In this document: piece after piece, positions 16,084 through 23,395 of the stretch
Layout: each line of letters opens with the position of its first letter
Position numbering within the stretch: the first letter of the stretch is position 1
Source of the DNA: Candidatus Omnitrophota bacterium
Lineage (GTDB): Bacteria > Omnitrophota > Gorgyraeia > DTHP01
Direction: 5' to 3'
Assembly (NCBI GenBank): GCA_023819145.1
Contig: JAMWCW010000001.1
Location: 66,400 to 130,399 of the forward strand
Length of the DNA stretch: 64,000 nucleotides
Notes under the pieces: model-generated
Seen by the model: the letters and a program-made list of their open reading frames with translations, nothing else
Database searches by the model: none
What the model was told of the DNA's origin: nothing
Translations under genes and position numbers: made by a program

Positions 16084-18471
16084 ATGAAGTGGTTACATGT
16101 TAAAATTTTTTGGAGTATTGCCTTTTTAATTATTGCCAGCCTACTTTATGTTGATAATCTTTTTATGTTTTCTTCTTTAGATTTTATTACAAGAAGAGTA
16201 TTAACTCCTTCTTATACAGATTCTCCTTCGGTTGAGGTTCCCTCCGGTTCTCCTAAAATAATTGCCCGTGGAGAAGGGGTAGGTGCTAAAGGAGCGGGGG
16301 TAGGACGAGTGGTTATCATTGATGAAAATAGTTCCATCCCTATTCGTGAGCAGGCAATGCGTGTGCGCGAAGGAGATGTACTTGTTGCTTATCGCACCGA
16401 TCCTTCTTTGGTGGATGCCATGCGCCGAGCAGGTTTGGTGATTACTGAAATTGGAGGGAAAAATTCTCATGCTGCGATTGTCGCTAGAGAATTTAATTTA
16501 AATGCGGTTATTGGTGTGCCCAATGCTACGCGTATTTTTGCTCAAGGGCAGGTAGTTACTGTTGATGCTGAGCATGGAGTCATTTATGCTGGAGCTTTGC
16601 CGCTTGAAGAAGATAGTGTTTCCTATCGCGTGAGTGAACTTCCGTCTACGAGCCCTGTAAAGATAGGGATACTTTCCTTTGATACTGCTCGGGTGAGAGC
16701 GATGTTTCCTTTGGGTTTGTATTCTGATTTTTACGGTATAGGGCTGATGCGTGCAGAGTTTGCTTTACAAAATATTGGCATCCATCCGTTAGCAATATTG
16801 GATTTTGATAGAGGTACGCTTAGAGATGCAAGGCTACAAACAGAAATTACGCAAAAAATCAAAGGCTATGCGAGTGCGCGAGACTATTACATCTCAAAAC
16901 TTTCTTCTGCAATATTTTCCAATTCGCTTATTCTACATGAGGGGCAAAAGGTTATTTACCGCACCACTGATTTTAAAACCAACGAATATGAAGATATGTT
17001 AGGAGGGGATGTTTACGAGCATAAAGAGCCCAACCCCATGATGGGCAATCGCGGTTTACAGCGAATGATTAGTCCTGAATACCGGGAAGCATTTGATATG
17101 GAACTCGAAGCATTTTTACTTGCCTGGAAAGATAATCCGGGAAAGATTTCTATCATGGTTCCTATGGTACGCACTCCCCAAGACCTTCTGACTTTTCGTC
17201 AAATTCTTGAGGGAAAAATAAGGAGTATGGGGCTCTCGGGTATGCCTGAGGTAGTAATGATGTATGAATTGCCCGCGAATGTTTTTCAGATAGAGGAATT
17301 TATTCACGCCGGTATAAATGGTATTTCCATTGGTTCAAATGACCTGACACAATTTATTCTGGCAGTAGACAGGGACAGTGGTTTATTTAGAGAAGGAGGT
17401 AGAGAAGAATATGATGCCGTAAATAGAGCAGTATTGCGTGCTATCGGCATCGGTATAACTTCTTCTAAAGCCCGCGGTGTAAAAACAGGTATTTGTGGGC
17501 AAGCGCCATCAGACCATCCAGATGTTTATCCTGCAATTCTTACTGCTTTAGGAATAGATTCTATAAGTGTTACTCCCGATGTGTTTCATAAAGTGGTAGA
17601 AGCAGTAGCCCAAGCACAACAAAATCCTTCTTTTGGGATGAGATACCTTTCGGGTTTAGATTTATTTTTAGGCTACGATACCCAGACTAATCCCAAACGA
17701 GAATTAAAGAAGATAATTAGTTCTGATGATATACTTCGGAGTATTGGCATTCATCCTTTAGCCTTACTTGCCTTTGACCGGGGAAGTAGTTTATTGAGTG
17801 ATACGGCGATAAGTAGGCAGATTGTTTCTTTTGCCGGAGAAGAAACTGCAGAACGGGCTTACTTTGACCGTGTATATAGGGCGGTAAAGAATGCTTTACT
17901 TATGGATGGAGAGGTAGTTTATAGAACAGGAAGTTTGCTCAGTACCGATTATAAAACGCTTGTGGGAGGAGATATTTTTGAAAAAGAAGAAGCAAATCCC
18001 TTATTGGGTGCGTTTGGAATGTACCGCCTGCTCAGATATGGTTCAGAAGATGGCGCTTTGAGTATGCGTGATATTTTTAACATAGAGATGGATGCAGTTT
18101 TAAAAGCTGTGCGGGATACCGGTAAAGTTATTCATTTAGAGTTAGATATGGTGCGCACTTTTGGAGAATTACAGGAGGCAGTTTCTGTGATTAATGAGGC
18201 AATACGCCGTACAGGGATTTCTCCAGATAAGGTGAAAATTGGTCTAAATGTTTCTACTCCGGCAAATGTTCTGCTTATTTCTGATTTTATTAACCAAGGG
18301 AGATTAAGTTTTGTGAGTATCGACGAAAAAAGGTTAGCCTGTTATCTTTTGGGGGTGGATTCCTTGAGTATGGTTAGCCCCGAGGCTATTGAACGAGCCC
18401 TATATATACCTCGTCAACTGGTTTATACAGCATTAGCTCAAAAGGGAATCCCTTTAGTTAACTCCCCCTAA
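16084..18471 (+). CDS. PEP synthase/PPDK phosphohistidine swivel domain plus PEP/pyruvate-binding TIM barrel, followed by a degenerate second TIM-barrel copy, with RR leader
   Basis: GGKNSHAAIVAREFNLNAVIGV (mobile His domain), GLMRAEF, MVPMVRTPQD, SIGSNDLTQF (TIM-barrel motifs); second copy GIHPLALLAFDRG, LDMVRTFGEL, LSFVSIDEKRL lacks NDLTQ; leader IAFLIIASLLYVDNLFMFSS...FITRRVLTP. Confidence 0.75.
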   Translation: MKWLHVKIFWSIAFLIIASLLYVDNLFMFSSLDFITRRVLTPSYTDSPSVEVPSGSPKIIARGEGVGAKGAGVGRVVIIDENSSIPIREQAMRVREGDVLVAYRTDPSLVDAMRRAGLVITEIGGKNSHAAIVAREFNLNAVIGVPNATRIFAQGQVVTVDAEHGVIYAGALPLEEDSVSYRVSELPSTSPVKIGILSFDTARVRAMFPLGLYSDFYGIGLMRAEFALQNIGIHPLAILDFDRGTLRDARLQTEITQKIKGYASARDYYISKLSSAIFSNSLILHEGQKVIYRTTDFKTNEYEDMLGGDVYEHKEPNPMMGNRGLQRMISPEYREAFDMELEAFLLAWKDNPGKISIMVPMVRTPQDLLTFRQILEGKIRSMGLSGMPEVVMMYELPANVFQIEEFIHAGINGISIGSNDLTQFILAVDRDSGLFREGGREEYDAVNRAVLRAIGIGITSSKARGVKTGICGQAPSDHPDVYPAILTALGIDSISVTPDVFHKVVEAVAQAQQNPSFGMRYLSGLDLFLGYDTQTNPKRELKKIISSDDILRSIGIHPLALLAFDRGSSLLSDTAISRQIVSFAGEETAERAYFDRVYRAVKNALLMDGEVVYRTGSLLSTDYKTLVGGDIFEKEEANPLLGAFGMYRLLRYGSEDGALSMRDIFNIEMDAVLKAVRDTGKVIHLELDMVRTFGELQEAVSVINEAIRRTGISPDKVKIGLNVSTPANVLLISDFINQGRLSFVSIDEKRLACYLLGVDSLSMVSPEAIERALYIPRQLVYTALAQKGIPLVNSP

Positions 18472-18483
18472 CCGGGAAAAACC

Positions 18484-18582
18484 GACCCCACCTCGTAGGT
18501 GTCCTTTTCACTGTATTGTAAGTTGTTTTTATATGGATACTTATGTGGGACGATTTTGGCCACCTACGAGGTGGGCACGGTT
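18484..18582. repeat. REP/BIME-like element: two inverted hairpin units (CCACCTCGTAGGTG / CACCTACGAGGTGGG) about 55 nt apart
   Basis: ccccacctcgtaggtgtcc 18486-18504 and ggccacctacgaggtgggcacggtt 18558-18582 are mutual reverse complements; the same units recur at 29475-29573 and 30283-30380 flanking a RAYT gene. Confidence 0.6.
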
Positions 18583-18948
18583 AGTTTTGGTTTGGGTGTG
18601 GGTTGAGGAAAGTAGATTTTGGGTTGAGGAGTTAGATTAAGGAAAAATAAAAAACAGAATAGAATGTTTTGAGGTGTAAAGAAAGTTTACCCCCACAATG
18701 ATAGAAGATGTCAGTGTAAGTAGATATTTATCAGTAACTTATGGATAGATGCTCTTAGAATGTAATTTTAATTTACTTTCTTATTTGCCTTATGAAAAAA
18801 GGAGGAAGATAAATTTTCTTGTTTTATAGTCGGAAAAATCTGTCTTTGGTGATTATCTAATATTCTGGCATAAATTTTGCTTACTCTAGTAACAGAAAAA
18901 ATGTCAGAATTAAAAATTGAAATAAGAAAATTTTTACCATCTCTGCCA

Positions 18949-18977
18949 TTGACGATAAGAGAAAGATGTGATATAAT
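18949..18977 (+). promoter_or_regulatory. strong sigma70-like promoter TTGACG -17- TGaTATAAT (extended -10) for the giant YD-repeat gene
   Basis: TTGACG 18949-18954, extended -10 TGATATAAT 18969-18977; 25 nt upstream of ATG 19002. Confidence 0.5.
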
Positions 18978-19001
18978 TTATATAGAGAATAATAATAAAT
19001 A

Positions 19002-22000
19002 ATGAATAAAATAATAAAAATGATAAATATGGAAAAGAAGAGAAAATATATTCTTATCTTTTTGGGACTATTTTTGCTTATTAGTGCCTATGTAGAGGCA
19101 AAGGTGCGTACTCAAGTAATTCGCAATAGCCCCGTCCCGGAAAGAAATGTGGGAATTATTCCTGAGGCGCGTTCGGTAGAAGACTGGGCACGGGTGAGAA
19201 CTCAGGTTATAAAAGAAACAGAAAGGAGAAACCGTCAAATAGAGACCAGCCAGAATCTTCCCGATAAAATGGAAGATAGCCGGAGAGAGACAGAAGAGGA
19301 ACGCCTCAAATCCGCTTACAAAATAGAAAAAGATGCTCGGGAGATGAAACAAAAAATAGAGCAGGCTTCTCCCAATGAGGTGGTAGGAGAAAATCCCGAT
19401 GGGACAAAATGGTATCAATACTCAGGAAGATTTGACATCTTCAAGAACTGGATAAAAAACAAACTCAAAGAACTTGGCCTCTTGGATAAATGGAAGGGTG
19501 AAAGTTTTGAGGAATTAGTTCAAAAATATGGTAAAACCAATTTTGACCTCACCTTCAACAAAAAATCTTGGTCTTATTTTGGTAAGCGCTCCTCGACTCT
19601 GCAAACCACAGAATTTCAATTTAGTTTAACCAATCCCGAAGATAATTTTGAAAAATATATTCAGACGCGCTCGCGTCAATTAATCTGGGATAGCGCCAAT
19701 AATCGCGAGGCAGAAATTGTGCAACATACTATAACCGATGAGATAGAATGGGCAGGTAAGTTCTATGGCACGCCGGGAAAAACCGAACAAGGAAGGCAGA
19801 TGCTTTCTTCTCGCCAGAGAACTTGGGATGAGACCAGGGGAACTTATTCTGAGGTAAACCAGAGAAATGTCTATGAAGGGAATTTCCATATGCCCATTAA
19901 GACCATCCGCAAGGTCTTTGAATCGGGCTACGATACTAAAGGCAATTACTATGAACGCCGATACGAGATGACCCGTGAGAATATTGAATGGGCGTGGGTT
20001 GTTTCAAGTGACCCAATTTCTGGCGGAAGTTATGAAACAAAGAGCTTTGACCAGACGATGATTGATTATTCCACGCCTGATAAAAAGACAATTTCCCACC
20101 ATGAGTTTACTTATACTGATGATGGAGTTCCGGAAAGTCAATTGATTGTTAGCCGAGAAGTTGGTTTAGGGCTAAATCATATTTCAGTAAGTTTAGAAAG
20201 ATATCTTGACTACTACAAAGATGGTTCTTTGCGCCAAGGACTGAGTCTTGATCTCACTGGTGATTTTCCTGACGTATATACCGCCGTAAAAGAAGGAAGA
20301 ACTTTACAGAATTTAATCAATAATAAAGAAACAAAGTCGCAAATCGAAGCACAGTTGGGACGCAGTTTAAACTTGAACAATCCTCAAGATTTAAAAATCT
20401 ATACCGCTTATCTGAGGGAAGGATTGGGGGAAACAGCAAGAAAAATCAGTTTGAGTTTTGCCGAGAAGAAACACAATGACAAAGCATTCCTTGCCTGGGA
20501 AAAAGAGACAGTTGCCATTGAAGGAAAAGATGAAAATGGGAGCCTGATTAGTTCTAGCAGTGAAATAGAAAAAACTTATACCCAGTTCTTACCCTTTGGT
20601 CAACCCACAGAGATTGAGCAACTGATAAGAAGCGAAGCCACACCAAATGTAGAAACAAAATTAAAGATTTCTTTAAAATACAACAAGTATTGTCAGGTAA
20701 CTGAACAGAGAACCGAAACGCGAGAAACAAGCCTTGATGGCAAACTTAATAAACACACGATAAGCATAAAAGATAAAATTGTTTACAATGGTTTAGGACA
20801 GGAAATTTCCTATCGTGAGCGAGAAGAAGAATATGATATAGATGGAAAGCGCATTGGCAATCGTGAAACTTTAGTAAAAAATATTACCTATAATGAAGAT
20901 GGCTTGCAGACCGGTTACGAGATGCAGAGCATAACCAGAGGAATTGATACTCATGATGGAAGTATTTTTGAGATAATTACTGAAACAAAAGTGCGCGATA
21001 TCCGATATAATGAATTGGATATGCGTATATCCTGGAAGGAGATAAGTATAGATTTAAGCAGAAGCCCGGGATTAATTAGTGAGAGAATGTATCAGGTAAA
21101 GGCAATAGATGAATTTGGAAGAATTACGGAGATAGATATAAAAGAACACACTTATGGCACTGCTTCCGATGGAACCTCTCTAAATACTGAACGCACCATT
21201 AACCGCAAGATAAAATACAACTCTTTAGGTCAGGAAGAAGAGGCAATTGAGGAGGTAATTGAGAAGGCAAAGACCACTATCTCAACCATTAAATATGCCT
21301 ATGACCAGTATGGGAGAATTTCGCGCGAAGAAAGAAAAGTGCATGTAACGGGGAAAGATGGAGATAGCGAATTGGACTATACTTATACTCTATTGCGCTA
21401 TGGATTTGAGTACAATGATGCAGGACTTCTACAGAGATATAAGGCTAAAATCCGGAATGAATCTACAGCCGATATAGAAATAACTCAGGAGGTAGAGATT
21501 GGCTATGACAGTCTGGGAAGAGTAGATTATCAGAAGACTCAAGTCTGGGAAGATACGCGAAGCGGAGATAAGGCCTTACACAAATACACACTTACCGTAA
21601 GGGAAAACATTACCTATAATGAATTAGGATTAGAGACAGCTTATACTGAAACAGAGGAGGAATTTGATGAAGATGGAAAACGCATTGGCAATCGTAAGGT
21701 TAAGGTAAGTAACATTACTTATAATGAAGATGGTTTGCAGACTGGTTATGACATGGCGGTAATAGTAGAAGGGACTGATACCCATGACGGAAGTAGTTTT
21801 GAAACCTTTACCGAGATTAAAGTGCGCGATATTCGTTACAACAATTTAGGCATCCGCATTAGTTGGAGAGAAACCACCATAGATACAAGTAGGAGTCCAG
21901 GATTAACTACCGAAAGAAAATACGCGGTTACAGAGATAGATAGGTTTGGTAGACCTATAGAGCTTATAATCAATGAGCATGCTTATGGCTCTGCTTCTGA

Positions 22001-23138
22001 CGGGACAAGTTTAGATACCTTCCGCAAGATTACACGCCAGATAACCTACAATTCTTTAGGTCAGGAAGAGGAAATTACTGAAACCGTAGAAGAAGGGGCA
22101 AAGAAAACCACTTCCAAGATTAAGTACGAATACGATGAATGTGGCAGGATTAAATATGAAGAAAGAAATATTCATGTAGAGGGCGAAGAAGAGGGGGTTG
22201 AGTTGGATTATATTTCTACAATAAGGCGTTATGGATTTAAATACAATGATGCAGGGCTTGTACAGGGCTATACGGCAGAAATCTGGAACGAGTCCAGTCC
22301 CGACTTAGAAATAAAGCAGGAGGTAGAATTTGGCTATGACAGTCTGGGAAGAATAGACTATCAACGAAGCGAAACCTGGGAAAAGGGAATAAGTAAAAAG
22401 CGCGATAAACATGGTGAACCTACAGGCGAGGAAGAAGAGGTTGAACGGCATACAATTTCTGAGAAATATGATATCCAATATAATGAATTGGGCTTGGAAA
22501 CTTATTATAAAACCGATAGAAAAGAATACGAGGATGGAGAGTTAATCCGCGATGTTACCGAGACCACTTCGGGAATAAGGTATGATAGTAAGGGAAGAAT
22601 GACTGAATACACCACCCATAGAACTGGTCAAGAGAGATTCCTTGAAGACAGTGGAGAATATGGGGAATTAAAGAGTGTAAATATTACTACCCATATTTAC
22701 AACATTACCTATGTTGATGGTCTGGATTTAAGAAAATCCTGGAGAGAAGAAATTTCTGGTTATATAGGGGGACAGGAATTTAAGGCAAGCACCCGTCAAT
22801 ATGAAATCTTAGAATTTGACCGCTTTGGAGAAGTGGTAGATATAAATATTGAAGGAGATGGAGTGGAGGAGGAAAATTCTGCTCCTCAGATTGATACGCG
22901 GGGAACAACTTCTGGCCCAGAAGTTAATCAGACCACCAGACCTTACTCTCCGACAGGTTCAATAAAGACAACAAGTGTTCGTCGGGGACCAGTAAGAGGT
23001 TTAGGAGTGCGCGGAAAAAGTAGAACTTATGCAAAAAGACCTTCCGGAATAAGTCTTTTGAGTAGTGAATCCAGTCAGCGTAAGAAATTAGAAGAGGAAG
23101 CAGAATATATTACGCCAGATAAAGAAGAAGAAAAATAG
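19002..23138 (+). CDS. giant secreted YD-repeat (Rhs/teneurin-type) protein, 1378 aa, with two near-identical ~290-aa tandem super-repeats
   Basis: Signal peptide YILIFLGLFLLISAYVEA; YD-type units ITYNEDGLQTGY, YAYDQYGRISREE, YEYDECGRIKYEE, IGYDSLGRVDYQ; super-repeat from about aa 598-888 repeated at 889-1170 (nt about 20790-22510); alternative start at ATG 19029 (MEKKRK) is possible. Confidence 0.6.
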   Translation: MNKIIKMINMEKKRKYILIFLGLFLLISAYVEAKVRTQVIRNSPVPERNVGIIPEARSVEDWARVRTQVIKETERRNRQIETSQNLPDKMEDSRRETEEERLKSAYKIEKDAREMKQKIEQASPNEVVGENPDGTKWYQYSGRFDIFKNWIKNKLKELGLLDKWKGESFEELVQKYGKTNFDLTFNKKSWSYFGKRSSTLQTTEFQFSLTNPEDNFEKYIQTRSRQLIWDSANNREAEIVQHTITDEIEWAGKFYGTPGKTEQGRQMLSSRQRTWDETRGTYSEVNQRNVYEGNFHMPIKTIRKVFESGYDTKGNYYERRYEMTRENIEWAWVVSSDPISGGSYETKSFDQTMIDYSTPDKKTISHHEFTYTDDGVPESQLIVSREVGLGLNHISVSLERYLDYYKDGSLRQGLSLDLTGDFPDVYTAVKEGRTLQNLINNKETKSQIEAQLGRSLNLNNPQDLKIYTAYLREGLGETARKISLSFAEKKHNDKAFLAWEKETVAIEGKDENGSLISSSSEIEKTYTQFLPFGQPTEIEQLIRSEATPNVETKLKISLKYNKYCQVTEQRTETRETSLDGKLNKHTISIKDKIVYNGLGQEISYREREEEYDIDGKRIGNRETLVKNITYNEDGLQTGYEMQSITRGIDTHDGSIFEIITETKVRDIRYNELDMRISWKEISIDLSRSPGLISERMYQVKAIDEFGRITEIDIKEHTYGTASDGTSLNTERTINRKIKYNSLGQEEEAIEEVIEKAKTTISTIKYAYDQYGRISREERKVHVTGKDGDSELDYTYTLLRYGFEYNDAGLLQRYKAKIRNESTADIEITQEVEIGYDSLGRVDYQKTQVWEDTRSGDKALHKYTLTVRENITYNELGLETAYTETEEEFDEDGKRIGNRKVKVSNITYNEDGLQTGYDMAVIVEGTDTHDGSSFETFTEIKVRDIRYNNLGIRISWRETTIDTSRSPGLTTERKYAVTEIDRFGRPIELIINEHAYGSASDGTSLDTFRKITRQITYNSLGQEEEITETVEEGAKKTTSKIKYEYDECGRIKYEERNIHVEGEEEGVELDYISTIRRYGFKYNDAGLVQGYTAEIWNESSPDLEIKQEVEFGYDSLGRIDYQRSETWEKGISKKRDKHGEPTGEEEEVERHTISEKYDIQYNELGLETYYKTDRKEYEDGELIRDVTETTSGIRYDSKGRMTEYTTHRTGQERFLEDSGEYGELKSVNITTHIYNITYVDGLDLRKSWREEISGYIGGQEFKASTRQYEILEFDRFGEVVDINIEGDGVEEENSAPQIDTRGTTSGPEVNQTTRPYSPTGSIKTTSVRRGPVRGLGVRGKSRTYAKRPSGISLLSSESSQRKKLEEEAEYITPDKEEEK

Positions 23139-23395
23139 AAAAAAAATTACGGAGGATAACAAAAATCTTTCATTTTAAGTAATTGTAATTAAATAGTTTA
23201 AAAATTAATTTTATAAGCATGTAACTTAAGTTTACAATTATTAAACATTTTAGGGAGGAGAAAAAAGAGAGATAAAAAATGTAAATTTAATTATATTAAT
23301 TACTTATAAATGACGATGATTTTAGAGGAAAATTGGCATTAAACTTGCTTATATAAAGATGAAAAATTAAAATTTTGAAAAAAGGAGGGTAAAAA

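Noticed and set aside
290-18471. Interpreting the R-R motif as a Tat (twin-arginine) signal
   Set aside because: In Tat signals the S/T-R-R-x-F-L-K motif precedes the hydrophobic core. Here the R-R follows it by 5-12 residues. The only canonical Tat signal in the window is on the radical SAM protein (58900).
18600-19000. AT-rich 400-nt region upstream of the giant genes as a possible ncRNA or rRNA/tRNA locus
   Set aside because: No cloverleaf-compatible tRNA segments or rRNA-like conserved blocks were recognised. It contains a strong promoter and is best explained as a regulatory intergenic region.
19002-23138. Calling the YD-repeat protein an Rhs polymorphic toxin / T6SS effector
   Set aside because: No Rhs core-terminating PxxxxDPxGL motif, no C-terminal toxin domain and no adjacent immunity gene, VgrG or PAAR were seen. 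It is more consistent with a teneurin/YD-shell surface protein.
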